A program made the translations under genes and the position numbers. From Felis catus (taxonomy: Eukaryota): a DNA stretch of 64,000 nucleotides. Location: the NCBI RefSeq assembly GCF_018350175.1, contig NC_058368.1:69194001-69258000 (forward strand). Reading direction: 5' to 3'. This document shows, one piece after another, positions 39,946 through 53,726 of this stretch (position 1 is its first letter; every line of letters starts with the position of its first letter). The notes under the pieces are model-generated. The model searched no databases. It saw only the letters and a program-made list of their open reading frames with translations, and was not told where the DNA came from.

Positions 39946-41117
39946 TTAACGTTTGCTTTGTAACAACCCTATAAATAGGTATTATAATAACCCTTTTATA
40001 TAGATAAGAAAAAAAGAGCAGGGCCCAAACCAGGTCTGTTGGCTTTCAGATCTCATTCTTTAACCGTTATATATACTACACCGCTTCCCATTTTGCAGCT
40101 TTATGTCTTAGGAAACGGCCCTAAATTTCCCATTTTTCAGTGGATCCTTTGTTATTGGTCAGTTCTTGAGTTCCTCAGCTCCTGGAATCTTCTCTTCCTC
40201 TCCAATTCAACTACCACGTCATGGTTCTTCACTTCAGACAATCTCTTACCAACCTCCTAAATCCTTGGCTTTCATTGCACGTCAACCACTCAGCAGATCT
40301 CAACCCTGAAAACAGCCAGACTAATGTCAAACCCCACTCCCCAAACATTTTGGATTTCCTGAATTCACCATCTCCGTCTCACGTCTGGATCTCTGAGCAC
40401 CATATTATTTCCACCTGAATCACTCCTTCCTCCACCTCTTTGTCCAGCTAACTCTTACTTCTTCTTCATATCTGGGCTTACAAGTCACGTCCTCCAGGAA
40501 GCCCTAGAATCTCTCCTATGTGTTCCCACAGCTACCAGAACACGTATTACACTGACCGGTAATTTCTGGTCTAATGGTCTCCTTTCCTATAGTATAAAGT
40601 CAATGGGGACAGGGATCCTGGGTTTCTTGCTTACTGCTGTACCCCACGCCTAGCCCAGGACCTGGCAACTCTTAGGTCTCTAATGCTAATAAAATGAATG
40701 AATATTCTAAAAATCGTCCCTCATGGAGTTGCTCCGCCAGTGATAACGAATAATCTCTTGTACTCTACACTTTAAATGTCTCGGGTGGTTTCCTTCTTTA
40801 TGGGTTTAAAACTATGTACGAGGGTATGTGTCTGTTCTTGTTTTCTTCAATCTGCAGACGTCAGTTGAATATCTACATTATCTAGCCTGATGGAACCACA
40901 CTTTGGACTGATGGCATTAATTAATGCCTTTTTATCAACAACTATGGATATTAAACAAGAAACTATGAAATTTGAAATGTTTCAGTGAGTCTATCTGGTG
41001 TCTATGTGTTCTCTCTCTCTCTCTTTTTTTATTTTTTAGGGTGGTAAAATACACGTAACAAAATTTACCATTTTAATCATATTTTAAGCATATAGTTCAG
41101 TAATGTTAAGAACATTT

Positions 41118-41340
41118 AGGGGCGCTTGGGTGGCTCAGTCGGTTAAGTGTCCGACTTCGGCTCAGGTCATGATCTCACAGTTCATGAGTTCCAGCCCCGC
41201 ATCGGGCTCTGTGCTGACAGCTCGGAGCCTGGAGCCTGCTTCAGATTCTGTGTCTCCCTCTCTCTCTGCCCCTCCCCCACTCGCACTCTGTCTCTCTCTC
41301 TCTTCCAAAAATAAACATTTTTTTTTTAATTTAAAAAAAA
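41118..41340 (+). mobile_element. CAN-SINE (feline type)
   Basis: TSD aagaacattta. Confidence 0.95.
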
Positions 41341-42231
41341 GAACATTTACATTGCTATGCAACTAATCCCCAAAACTCTTGTGTCTTCTCATTTTTGTAG
41401 TAATCCTGCAGCACTAGAAACACTTGTGTAAATGCCTCTTCCCTAGAATAGGAGTGTCTAGATTTTTCAAATTCAAAAACGTTTTCTTAATATGAAAAAA
41501 GTTCACAGAACCCCACAGGATAATAGCCATGCCCTTGACACATGCAAAAATAAACTGTTAATTCAACACTTAGAGCGACATGCATTTTGGTAATGACAAC
41601 AAAATCTTCCCGTAAGTTCAGTAGACAAGGTTTGGATTTGCTCCCGTGATGACTCCTTTTAATCCCCCAGGTCATAGGGGTGGGCTTCTGACAGCCACGT
41701 TGTACGGAAGTAGCCACAAACCATGGACCCAGGAGTGGCCACCTGGCTCAAACTGAGTGAATCAAATTCCTTCACCAAGAATTAAAACTTAGCAGAAAGA
41801 CAGTGATAGATATTAATTGGTTGATTGATGATTGATTGATTCTGTCTTTCCATGTAACCAAACTGTAAGATAAATTCAGAAACAGTGGATGATCACAATC
41901 TATAAGTTCATCTGTGCCACAGTTCTATGAGAGGGCAATTATTCCCATGTTACAGGTGGCAAAACTGAGGCTTGGAGAGGTTTTTAAGCCTTGAAGCCAG
42001 GCACTAGCTGTTTCTCAATATGGCTTTTTTACATAACAGAACACTCTTGCAACTGGGCTGTCATTGGAAGTTCCTTTGTCTGTCTTTCCATCAAACTGTC
42101 AGCTCCTTGAGATTTCAGTGTTCCGCTCCATGGGTGCCCAATAAATGTTTATGCCATAAGTGAGTGAAATGATACCTAGTATCATGTGAGGTTACAAGGA
42201 GTAATAGAAACGTGGCCCACAGGAAACCTAC

Positions 42232-42319
42232 CTAACTTTCCCGAGAGTTGGAGAAATGCAATTAATGTGTCTGAAATACACCAAGACAATGTCGCGTTTA
42301 GCATCCATCTTATAAGAAT
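42232..42319 (-). pseudogene. Fossil exon, repeat III S2
   Basis: Strong acceptor ttttccttctgcag and donor tag|gtaggt. Hydrophobic reading ILIRWMLNATLSWCISDTLIAF. Confidence 0.55.
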
Positions 42320-42527
42320 CTGCAGAAGGAAAATGACTGATGTGTTTCGCGTCCACCCAATCCAAGTATGATTAGGGAGATAAAGCCGTGACAGAAGTCT
42401 TCTTTTAAGGGCACTCCAAAGCAAAGGCAGACCAAATGGTGTTTTAATTGTCTGGGTGTTTTTATTCAAACACTGTGATTAACATTACTTGAAATGTGAC
42501 TTCTGGGCTCATAAACTTTATGCGTAC

Positions 42528-42656
42528 CTGCCGTCAAAGTTTTTGAGGGGCTATTAGTTTCACTATGTTCCACTCCACAGTAGTCGCATGATATTAAAGA
42601 AAGTAATGAGTTACTTTTCAGTTGTTGGAAAATATAAAAGGCTGTTGAAGTGAGAT
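42528..42656 (-). pseudogene. Fossil exon, repeat III S1
   Basis: 129 bp, phase 1-1, stop-free: DLTSTAFYIFQQLKSNSLLSLISCDY... Donor cag|gtacgc. Confidence 0.55.
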
Positions 42657-42915
42657 CTAAGTGATTTATGCATAGGATCCAAAGATGCTTTGGTCTTTGA
42701 GAATATTTTACATGTAAATTTAATCTCCCTTCAACACATGTTTAAGTTATGCCTCAACCTATTTTTAAAACAGTCAAAATCCTAATGGCTCTCAAAAATT
42801 CGAAAATATAATCATTCAGGACCTCAACTCAAACTCTGTATGAAATATTGATTTTCACGAATCTGTCAGAATTGACAGCCTCCACATCCTGGAGAGATAA
42901 ATTAGAAAACTTTAC

Positions 42916-43097
42916 TTGCTTATAAGGCCAGGGAGAAATTTTTCTCTAGTGTTATTGATGGATGTCCCAATCTGTCTTCAGATCAAGCAGACAAGTTTCC
43001 AATTTATTCATAGAACACATTTCACACCTCCTCTGTGTCATAAGTTGAATATTCTTCCTACGACATATTGTATCAAAATGCATAACTGAAATTGGTT
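42916..43097 (-). pseudogene. Candidate fossil exon, repeat II-III linker
   Basis: AG/GT-bounded, mostly open frame EPISVMHFDTICRRKNIQLMTQRRCEMCSMNKLETCLLDLKTDWDI. No family motif recognised. Confidence 0.4.
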
Positions 43098-43363
43098 CTG
43101 TTATAAATTGTTTAAAAATAACAAAATTCTGAAATCCAACTAGTACTTACTGTGAACAACACATTTCTGTCATTTTAGCCACCAAGTTTGTGATGCTTTG
43201 TTACTACTGCCCTAGAAAATGAATACAGCAGGCCAGTTGTCTTGTAGAATATTCCACAGTGTAGATTTGAAAGTGTTTTCTTTGTGATGTTGTTTAACTT
43301 GCCCCTCTTTCTCCTATATTTCCTATAACTTGCAAGTTACATCTAAAGGCTCAAGTGAAATTT

Positions 43364-43554
43364 ACTTTTGCGACAGAGAGAGACAGAGCATGAACGGGGG
43401 AGGGGCAGAGAGAGAGGGAGACACAGAATGGAAGCAGGCTCCAGGCTCTGAGCCATCAGCGCAGAGCCCGACGCGAGGCTCGAACTCACGGACCGCGAGA
43501 TCGTGACCTGACCTGAAGTCGGACGCTCAACCAACTGAGCCACCCAGGTGCCCC
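43364..43554 (-). mobile_element. CAN-SINE (young feline type, very short tail)
   Basis: TSD taaaggctcaagtgaaatt; CpG-rich body. Confidence 0.95.
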
Positions 43555-45454
43555 TAAAGGCTCAAGTGAAATTAAACCAAAGATTTTTGCTGAGACTCTT
43601 TCATGGATACTTCTGTGTGCCTCATACCGTATCACGTCAAAGGCACATGATGTCAGGTGGTCCCTCCGTGGTGATACTAAGTTGGATCTCATGGTTAAGG
43701 TAGGAAAATGTGTCTTTAACGACCTAAAAGTTGTTTGGCCGCTTCATGAACACCATCCAGGTGGTAAGAGGAATGGAGAAGCAGACCACGGCACGTGTAT
43801 TTCCATCCACCCAGCATTCTTTCCCATCCTTCTGCTCATTCCTCTGGGGACCTCCACCCCCTTTACATCTGATCTCGGTGGGAACCTCAATCACAGCACC
43901 TCACTCCCCACTGGCAAACAAATAGACACCTAGAAACCCTGGACACAGTAATTGGTTTGGAGATGGGCATGTCTTAGCTCAAGGCCCTGAGGAAAAAGAG
44001 CCTGAGGCAAAACACAGATGTGAACACACTGATAAGGAATGCAATCCCAAAGCCCAAGAGGAGGGGGAAAAAGAGAATAGGACTCAAAAGGAAGAAAAGC
44101 AAAAAGAAGGTGGTCCAGTACCAAGCTGGCCACAGCGCCACCAAAACTCTGGTTGTCATGAAGGACATCTTCGGAGACACGGTGTGGACACTGTGCGTCA
44201 TAACAGTCCATCAGGGAGGAGGCGGGTGATAACTCACCACCAGCTCCCTCCGATCTCCTGTTTCTCACCAGCCAAATTTCATCCCATGGGACAGTAGACC
44301 TTTACACCGTGGCTCACGTCACCGCCGGGGAGCCACTAAGAAGCCAGCTCCCACCGTGGTCATGGCAGCATGACCCCTGGCAGCGTGAGCCAGGGGCACT
44401 TCCTAAAAGTTACCTGTTGCCAGTGATATCTCAGGCCAGGCCGGGTAAGCCAAGGACACGCCAAAATGCCCGCAAAGTCCTGAAGCTTTTTGTGCCTCAG
44501 CCACCACAGGGAAACCCCAGAAGTAATAAGCAAAAGGCATGCGTGAGGAATAACGAGATCTGTTGCCCTTAGGTTTCATCACCCAGCGCTATGTTATTTG
44601 GAGGCTGTCCCGACCTTCCGGAAGCACGTGTGCATTGTGGGTGATGTGCGTGTATTTAGCACTAGGTGGTGGTACAGTATCGCTCTCGGTCCTTCCCCAC
44701 CCGAGCACGCGGAAAACACATGCATTCACGCTCAGCTAAACCATTACCAACCTTCCTTCCACGTCAGAAGTCGCTGAAAGCCCTGTCATGTGGCAAAGCA
44801 AACCAGGCAACGGGTCTCTAAGGGCCACTCGAGTTAATGATTTATTGATCTTGTTGGCTGATATTTTCACTTAATCCTCGGTTTGATTTAACTGAGCTTT
44901 GGTAGTTTAAAAGAAAAAACTGGCCGGTCTTGCTAGAATTCTAAACAAAGAAAAATAAGCCTGCTTGTTTATCATCATCAGCGGTGGGGCCAGTGGCTCT
45001 GTGGATTCTGACAGGGGCACTGGCTCATGGGGGCTGCTTAGCTCAGACGAGTAGAAAGCAGCCAATGCCGAGGAAGGAAACACCGGCAGGTGGGCAGTGT
45101 AGCAATTCCAGTCCGTGACCCCAGGCTGGGCCCTAAGTCTCAGCATCTGATTGCCTAAGTCATATGTCACAAGGGAGGCCAGCTGAGAGTTGCGGCAACC
45201 GGTTCCTGCTACCGGAGACTGGGAGAGTGAGTCAGCGCCTCAAGTTCATATGCAAATGACAGCCGAGGCTAATCCACCCGGCTGAGTTTCCTGAAAGGTC
45301 CGGATCTTTGGAGGCTTCTGCTAAAGATTATGCAGCCATCAGCTTATTTCACAATCAATCTGATTTATAGCATAACTGCAAGTTAAAGAAATAGATCATA
45401 ATACAATACGATGCACACATGTATCAAGACTCCTCTAGGGAACTCTAACTTGTT

Positions 45455-46712
45455 CTTTTTTTGTTACTCCGGTATAATTAACATACAGTGTGATGTTAGT
45501 TTCAGGTGTACAATGTAGTCATTGAACGATTCTGTACATTCCCCACTGCTCATCACAATAAGAGCACTTTTAATCCTCTTTATGTATTTCACCCATCCCC
45601 CACCCACCTCCCCTCTGGTAACCATCTGTTTGTTCTCCATAGTTACAGAGTTTGTTTTCTGGTTTGTCCCTTTTCTTCTTCGCTCGTTTGTTTTGTTTCT
45701 TAAATTCCACATATGAGTGAAATCATATGGCATTTATCTTTCTCTGACTGACTTACTTCGTTTAGCAATATACTCTCTGGATCCATCCAGGTTGTTGCAA
45801 ATGGCAAGATTTCACTTTTTTTTATGGCTAACATCCTATTGTATGTATACACCAAATCTTCTTTATCCATTAATCTATCAGTGGACACCTGGGCTGCTTC
45901 TAGATCATAGCTATTGTAAATAATGCTGCAATACACAGAGAGGTGCATATATCTTTTTGAATTAGTGTTTTCATTTTCTTTGGGTAAATACCCACTAGAG
46001 GAATTACTGGATCATATGGTAATTCTATTTTTAATTCTTTGAGGAACCCCCATACAGTCTTCCACAGTGGCTGTTCCAGTTTGCATTTCCATCAACAGTG
46101 TACAAGGGTTCCTTTTTCTCCACATCCTCACCAACACTTGTTTTTTTCTTATGTTCTTGATTTTAGCCATTCTGACAAGTGTGAGGTGATACCTCCTTGT
46201 GGTTTTGATTTGCATCCCTGATGATGAGTGATGTTGAACATCTTTTCAGGTGTCTGTTGGCCTTCCGTATGTCTTCTTTGAGAAAATGTTCATGTCTTCT
46301 GCCCATTTTTAAATTGGATTATTTGATTTTTTGGTGATGAGTTGTACAAGTTCTTTATATACTTGGGGTGTTAACCCCTTATTGGATGTATCATTTGCAA
46401 ATATCTTCTTCATTCGGTGGGTTATCTTTTTGTTTTATTGATGATTTTCTATGCTGTGCAAAAGCTTCTTATTTTGAAATATTCCCAATAGCTTAACTTT
46501 GCCAAAGGGGACATATCTTTAAAAAATGTTTCTATGGCTAATGTCATAGAGATGCCTACATTCTCCTCTTGGAATTGTATGGTTTCGTGTCTCATATTTA
46601 GGTCTTTAATGCATTTTGAGTTTATTTTTGTGTGTGGTCTAGTTTCATTCTTCTGCATGTAGCTGCCCAATTTTCCCAGTGCCATTTGTTCAAGAGACTG
46701 TCTTTTTCCCAT
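45455..46712 (-). mobile_element. L1 3' ORF2 and 3' UTR, antisense
   Basis: Peptides QIKTT.RYHLT.VRMA and EILPFATTWMD on the minus strand. Confidence 0.92.
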
Positions 46713-46864
46713 TAACTTGCATTTTTGTGTCATTCAATCATAGCACGTTCTTGAAATTATTGATTCAAGAATGGCTGGCTAAGTCACCAGCAGGGCTCTA
46801 AAATAAGGGGAGGAGTGAGGAGGGCAGATTGTCCTGGAGTTCACAAAAAGGGCAGATCTCTGAC

Positions 46865-47233
46865 CTTCTGCATTCTGACAGTGAAGTGTGTGGCTGTCCA
46901 GAGAGAAGGAGGAGATCACCCAAGTGCTCCCCAGGTGCCTCCTCAAACGGCAGCCACGAGAGTTGAATTAGCTGAGCAGCAAGTAGTCGTGTCCCGACAA
47001 ACCCAAGGAAGGCGGGGGCCAGCCTCCCACAGAGATCCACGGTGATGGTCGCGGATCTCAGCTAGCATCACTCCAGCATCCCTCTCTCAGGAGGTGCAGG
47101 ACCCGGTGTCCTCACTGACCAGGGCCACCACGGGAATGCAGGTGAGGGCTGAAGCGTCCACAGGGCTGTGTCTTCCCAAAAGAGGCATCCTTTCCTAGAT
47201 GGCAGAAAGTCTCTGGGGGGCTTGGACGTGGCT
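46865..47233 (-). pseudogene. Fossil exon, CNBD2
   Basis: ERMPLLGRHSPVDASALTCIPVV (cf. K-V-P-L-F...L) and GHRVLHLLREGC (cf. G-x-E-M-Y-x-I-x-E-G). Donor aag|gtcaga. Frameshifts. Confidence 0.6.
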
Positions 47234-47489
47234 CTGATGGTGATAACGTGCAGCAAAACGGAGCAGCGGCCACAGCAAACTGATTAAACTTCGGTTTTGC
47301 CCCCAACCACCTACCCCCACCCCCAACCTTAGGACTCTATAACTCTCGGGTTCTTAAACAATTTGGAGAGGGGTCGAGAAGGAAATACTGACCTTTCTGT
47401 GAGTCAGGAACATATGATCTTGGGTTAGTTTTAATTCTTTAAAAAGATGCAACCGTGTTTGCACCCCCGGTTTGGGAAGTAAGTCGTAC

Positions 47490-47557
47490 CATTAACACTC
47501 AGAATAATACTCCGTTGGGCAAAGCATATACTGCTATGCCTTTTTCCTTGTAACACA
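47490..47557 (-). pseudogene. Fossil exon, repeat II C-linker
   Basis: 68 bp, phase-compatible with both neighbouring exons. LCYKEKGIAVYALPNGVLF*VLM (LP..L...I C-linker helix). Confidence 0.55.
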
Positions 47558-47940
47558 CTGAGGCTTAAAGAGATTAAGTAACTGTTACACAGACAATAAA
47601 TGAAAGGACTAGAAGCACCCGGGTCCTTTTCCCAATACTTTAACCTGATATGTTTTGGAGCCATAGTCTTGCTTTAATAATTAATTCATATTGCCTCACA
47701 GCTGAACTATGGGATATTACGGTCGACTCCATTATAAAAACAGTAATTAAAAATAAATATTGCAAATGAATTCCCAGTTTGGCTAGCTGAGACCTTGGGC
47801 AGATCCCTTGACCCAAATCTTCCATGTCTACAAAATCGGCACAGTGAGGGGCTTCACTTGAGGCTCCCACAACTGCAGGATTCCCATAATCTGAACAAAA
47901 GTAAGCATTGAGTATAAAACAGAAATTAAAACAGCCTCGC

Positions 47941-48168
47941 GGGGCGCCTGGGTGGCGCAGTCGGTTAAGCGTCCGACTTCAGCCAGGTCAGGATCTCGCG
48001 GTCTGTGAGTTCGAGCCTGGCGTCGGGCTCTGGGCTGATGGCTCAGAGCCTGGAGCCTGTTTCTGATTCTGTGTCTCCCTCTCTCTCTGCCCTTCCCCCG
48101 TTCATGCTCTGTCTCTCTCTGTCCCAAAAATAAATAAACGTTGAAAAAAAAATTAAAAAAAAAAAAAA
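47941..48168 (+). mobile_element. CAN-SINE (young feline type)
   Basis: ggggcgcctgggtggcgcagtcgg head; TSD aaaacagcctcgc. Confidence 0.96.
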
Positions 48169-48318
48169 AAACAGCCTCGCAACAACGCTGCCAGGTATTA
48201 TTATTCTGATTGTACAGGTAAGAAAACCAAGGTCCAGAGGGATGAACCCTCTTTGACAGGATCACTCCATTTGAAAGTGGAGAGCCAGGAGGCAGGAACA
48301 TCTGGCTGCAGAGCCCAC

Positions 48319-48549
48319 GCTCATTGATATCCCATATTCCTGTATCAGTCATGCACAAAGACACTGCTCCTTGGGCTCCACTGCCAGGGGTACATGCCCT
48401 GATTTGGTCCAACATACTTTGGGAGGAACCATCCATCTTTCACGCACTAGTGAGAATTTGTTCAAATATGGTCATTCAAGGAATGTGGTATTCGGTGGAG
48501 AATTGAGAATGCAGATAATTTGGAAAGACAGAGTATTTGACAAGTAAGC
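48319..48549 (-). pseudogene. Fossil exon, repeat II S6 / start of C-linker
   Basis: Acceptor ctccctccag. TIFEQILTSA*KMDGSSQSMLDQIR parallels the EAG-type TIFGNV...Y..ML..VR end of S6. Confidence 0.6.
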
Positions 48550-49490
48550 CTGGAGGGAGAATAGGGGTTGCCATGGGATGAGGGAATTCAGGCAATTGGA
48601 AGATTCTGGAAGGCAGCTCAGGGTAGCAGTTGCAAACCGATGGCCCACGGATGTGTTTTTGGTTAGCACAGAGTATTTTTATAATCGAATGAGTTGCTCA
48701 CATTTTTTAATGTTTTCTTTTTGAAAAAATCCAAATTTCTGGCCCAGCCTGTGCATTTCCACTTAACAACAATAAGCTGGAGCTGAGAAGCCATGCCCCC
48801 CGCCCCGCGTCTTCTCTGCAGCCACCGTTCCATCTCATTTTATTAGCGTGAGCGAGCTGCCTCATCACCCACTCCCCATAGACATTTGTGGTTAAGAACC
48901 TGGTCCTAGAGGCCTTGAACTGGGAGAGGAAGGAGAGTGTCTCCAGCAGGTAGGATGGGGAGAGTCGGGATGACAGGATAGTACTAAAGATAACTTGCCA
49001 TAATTCAGCATTTTGAAAATGAGACTGGTCAGCCAGTGTGCCATTAAGAACCTGCCTCAATCCAGAGAAGGGTTCAAGCTAAGCAAAAAGATGGTTTTTA
49101 TGTAACACCAGGACTAAGGTCAGATTACTGAAAATTAGCCCCAGGACCACCCCTTCCTGATGATTTCACCTACTCATATGTTGTTCTGCCTCTCTGATAT
49201 CCCATTACCAATCCTTGCTCAATTTCCAGTTTCTCTCCCACCTACCCCCATTTCTCCAACAGGATTCACTGAAATCCCAGTCTTGGAACTCAGCCTTAGA
49301 CTCCAAGTCTACCTCTTCTGTCATGGAGTCGCTGACCCAGCTGTAAGGCTGCCTCGTTGTGTAAACTTCCCTCGATCATACATAGTTTATTGGGCAAAGG
49401 TTGTCATCTGTCTCAGCATTGGACTCTGGGCAGGAAAAGAACCTCTCCCGAAAATTCAGAACCACAGTTTGGACCTTACTCAAGCTCAGA

Positions 49491-49493
<3 letters not shown>

Positions 49494-49547
<54 letters not shown>
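49494..49547. repeat. (TA)n microsatellite
   Basis: Perfect TA run. Confidence 0.97.
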
Positions 49548-49550
<3 letters not shown>

Positions 49551-49779
49551 TAATGTATATTGCCTTTATAATTCAGAAAACTCCAAGCCCAGAAATTAAT
49601 ATGAAAGCTAGCCCCAACCTTATGATTCCTCTGAGACTCCCAGCAGAAGCATACACGAAATCATTCTGAAGAACAAATCCTCCAAGAGTGCACTACAGTC
49701 CCACACATAAGACCCCCCTGAACGATCAGTTCTCAATCCAAAATTATTGATAAGGGAAAAAATGCACCAAAAACAAAAG

Positions 49780-52665
49780 TAAGCATATGCAACAAATACC
49801 AACATTAGATACTCTGAAGCTTTATTTAAGAGTCGCCTGAATTTAAATAAGTATGCTTAAGATGAATAAAACACAAAAGAAAAATTAAACACATAAACAC
49901 TCTGAAAAAAAAAAAAAGAATGGGCATATTTTTAAAAGGGCCAAATAGAGCTTTTAAAGTTAGGAAAAAGACTGTCATTGAAATACAAAATTCAGTTGAA
50001 GGGCTAAGCAGCAAATTCAATGTGGCTGAGTAGAGACTTAGAGAACAGGAAGAGAAACCTGAGAAATTTACATAGCATGAAACACAAAGAATTAAAAAGA
50101 TGGAAAATGGAAGAGAGAGGTTAAAAGACATGAAGGACAGGAAAGATGGTCCAACATGTTTCTAATAAAAATTCTAAATGGAACTCACACAATGGAGTAC
50201 CATCCTGTGACAAGAATGTATAAAATGACAACCTCAGGGGGCCTCAATGGCTCAGTCGGTTAAGCGTCTGACTCTTGATTTTGGCTCAGGTCGTGATCCC
50301 AGGGTCATGGGATCTAACCCCAAGTCAGGCTCAGCGCTGAGTGTAGAACCTGCTTAAGATTGATTCTCTCTCTCTCTCCCTCTGCCCCTCTTCCCCACTT
50401 GCTCTCTCTATATCTGTATCTATATCTATATCTATATCTATATCTATATCTATATCTATATCTATAGATATATTTAAACAAAAAATGGCAACTCCATACA
50501 ACAATATAGATGAATTTCATAAACATCATTGAGTGAAAGAGAAACAGAAGTGTATATATCATATAGTTCCATTTTTCTAAAGGTCAAAACTGGGAAAAAC
50601 TAATCTACACAGATAGATGTGAAGATAGGGTTTATTCTTGATCACAGAGGTACACAGTGACTGAAAGGAGCCTGAGGGGGCACTTGAAATCCTGGGACTG
50701 TTCTGTTTCTTGATCAAGGTGCTGGTGAAACAGGTGTTCAACTAGTGAATACTCATCAAACTGCACACTTATGACACATGCATTTTGCATGTATTTGGTA
50801 CTTTCATAAAATTTACGTGTGTAGGGAGGGGGGAAAAAACCTTGAGATAGAATAGAGAAAATGGGAAAAAGCAATATTCTTGGATGTAAAGGCTGACATT
50901 TCTCAGGAAATGACGGAAGGCATGATGCTACAGACTCAGGACAGGGGATCCCAAGCAGAGTAATAAAAAATCCACACGTGGACCCAGTGTAGTAAACCTG
51001 CAGCAAACAACAGAGGGATCTTTAAAGCCCCCGGCAAGAAAAAAAGAAACATCATCTACAAAGAAACCACACTGAGATGGATTACTTCCCAATGGGAACC
51101 CAATGAGATGGAGACTTCCCAATGGGAACGAAAGAAACTATAAGACACTGAAATGATATCTTCAAATTACTACACGAAACTAACTGTCAACCTGGGATTC
51201 TAGACCCAGCTAAAAGGCCGTCCAAGAGTGAGGACATAATAAAGACACTTTCAAACAAGTCAAGACTGGGTGTAGTTGAGGAAGAAGAAAATTGAAGGCA
51301 GAAGTAGAGAGTAAGCTTCAAGAAGTAAAGGAGAACACGATACTGAGAAAGCAAATAAATAAAGCTAACATAAGGACTGACTTCAAGTATGCAAAAATAA
51401 GAAAGTGAGCTGTTAGGAGTAAATTGTGTCTCCCCAAATTTCATATGTTGGAGTCCCTAACCTTCAGCACCTCAGAATGTGACCTTATTTGGACAGAGTC
51501 ATTGCAGGTGGAATTTTTTAGTTTAAAATGAGGTCATTACAGCACACCCTAACTCAAAATGACTGATGTCCTCGTAAGAGGGGGAAATTTGGACACAGTG
51601 ACAGGCACGCAGGGAGAAGACCATGTGAAGGTAAAGGCAGAGACCAGGATGATGCCTTTGCAAACCAAGGAACACCAAAGCTTGGCAGAAAGCCACCAGA
51701 AGCTGGCGAGAAGCATGGAAAAGTTTCTCTCACAGCCACTAGAAGGAACAATCCTGCCTTGATCTTGGACTTTCAGGGTCCACAGCTGTGAGACAATAAA
51801 TCTGTTATTTAAGCAGAGGAGGAGGGACTCGATCCAGTTATATGCTTTTTTCAAGAGACACACCTACAACATGAGGACTCACGATGATTACAACTGAAGA
51901 TATTTACTATACACATACTAAAAAGAAACCGTCACAACTGTTTTGGGAAGGAATGATGGCCCCCCAAAAATAGCCATGTCCTAATCGCCAGGACCTGTGA
52001 ATATGTTGCATGGCAAACACAAATTAGGTTGCAAATGGAATTAAGGTTGCTAATCTTCCACCCCTTAAATAGGGAGATTATCCTGGATTATTCAAGTGGG
52101 CGCAGTGTAATCACAAGGGACCTGAAAAGTGGAAGAGGGGCTGTCAGAGAAACATGTGACTGTGAACATACCTGCACAAAGAAATGTGACATTGCTAGTT
52201 TCAAAGGTGGAAGAAGGGAGACGTGAGCTGAAGAACATAAGTGGCCTTCAGGAGCCCAAAAGGGCAAGAAAATAGACTTACTGCTGGGGTCTCCAAAAAG
52301 GGATACAGCCCTGTCAACACTTCAATCGTAGCCTCTAGTTACCCAGGTCAGATTTGTCAGATAATAAGTTATGTTTTTTGGGTTTTTTTTAATTTTTTTT
52401 TAACGTTTATTTATTTTTGAGACAGAGAGAGAGCATGAATGGGGGAGGGTCAGAGAGAGGGAGACACAGAATCTGAAACAGGCTCCAGGCTCCGAGCTGT
52501 CAGCACAGAGCCCGACGCGGGGCTCAAACTCACGGACCGCGAGATCATGACCTGAGCTGAAGTCGGTAGCTCAACCGACTGAGCCACCCAGGCGCCCCTA
52601 AGTTATGTTGTTTTAAGCCACTAAATTTATAGTGATTTGTTGTAACACCAAAACAAAACTAATAC
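49780..52665 (+). mobile_element. Cluster of old L1M pieces and MaLR LTRs (~51410-51815, ~51940-52665) with nested CAN-SINEs (~50237-50480 +, ~52375-52598 -)
   Basis: A-rich L1 ORF1-like sequence; MLT1 motif cctcagaatgtgaccttatttgga; SINE heads; TSD taagttatgtt. Confidence 0.75.
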
Positions 52666-52832
52666 AACTACATCAATATAAAGTTAAATATCCTTTGTAT
52701 CCAACTAAATTAGTAAGGATAAACTGGTTAACACCTAACAGTAACTCCAATGTTATCAAAATTCTGCACCTGTGTGTCCTTGAATAACATTGCCTTAATA
52801 TACGTAAAGCAAACATAAAAGAATCACTGAGT

Positions 52833-52995
52833 GGGGCAACTGGGTGGTTTAGTTGGTTAAGCATCTGACTTGGGCTTAGGTGATGATCTCACGGTCTGTG
52901 AGTTCGAGCCCTGAGTCAGACTCTGTGCTGACAGCTCAGAGCCTGGAGCCTGCTTCAGATTCTGTGTCCCTCTCTTGCTCTGCCCCTCCCCCGCT

Positions 52996-53053
<58 letters not shown>

Positions 53054-53080
53054 AAAAAACAAACATCTAAAAACATTTTT
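52833..53080 (+). mobile_element. CAN-SINE
   Basis: Head and long (CT)n. Confidence 0.92.
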
Positions 53081-53266
53081 TAGGACTCACTGAGAGGAAA
53101 ATTTAAGAAACTTCTCAATAACTGATAGATTAAGCAGACAAAAAGTAGGATGAGAAAATCTGAACATGCAATTACAACGTTAACAGTACAAGTAGAAACT
53201 TGTATTTGAACTTGATTTACTAAAGTAAGCTTTAATCTTAAACAAAAGGAAATTATGAGATTATGC

Positions 53267-53646
53267 TTAAAGAAATCCAGGAGCATATCTTGATACAAAA
53301 GCAACATTTTTAAGAAGAATTGGAAAAGGCTACATACTAAGTATTCAGGAAGCTTCGAAATACGAAACCCCATGGGTTCTTCTTCTATGTCTATAGTTTA
53401 TAGATAACATTATTGTGAAAATTCTGAAATATCCTTATAGGATAATACCAGAGTGGAAAGATCATGTGATTGTAGCTTGGAACAACTGGAAAATCGTGAG
53501 TTCAACTCAAATTGATGGGTTGTAGTGGCTATATGATGCATGTGTGTTCATTTTGTATCCAGGTCTCAGGCAACTTCACCACCAGCCTTGAAAATTGCAC
53601 AGAAAATACTAAAGAATTCCATCAGGTTCTAACATAGGTATGTCTC
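53267..53646 (-). pseudogene. Fossil exon, repeat II S4-S5-pore helix
   Basis: LVFSVQFSRLVVKL (S4-like), SYNHMIFPLWYYPI (cf. EAG S5 HWLACIWYAI) and PEYLVCSLF (pore-helix-like). Frameshifts; 3' boundary approximate. Confidence 0.6.
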
Positions 53647-53726
53647 CTATTTACAGGGAACCAAAATATGTTCGAGACAAACAACAACAACAACAACAAA
53701 AATGGGCTAGCTTATTGGGTAGAAAC

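Noticed and set aside
44761..44940. Possible extra linker exon (good acceptor at 44940)
   Set aside because: Stops in the frames examined, no motif and no clear donor. Too weak to list.
46875..47151. Plus-strand exon-like block ending cag|gtgagg
   Set aside because: It is antisense to the CNBD2 fossil exon and has no plus-strand partner exons.
47828..48436. 202-aa ORF, the longest in the track
   Set aside because: Read-through from a fossil exon into intron and an antisense CAN-SINE; not a gene.
49160..49669. 169-aa ORF containing YIYIYI
   Set aside because: Runs through a (TA)n microsatellite; no homology signal.
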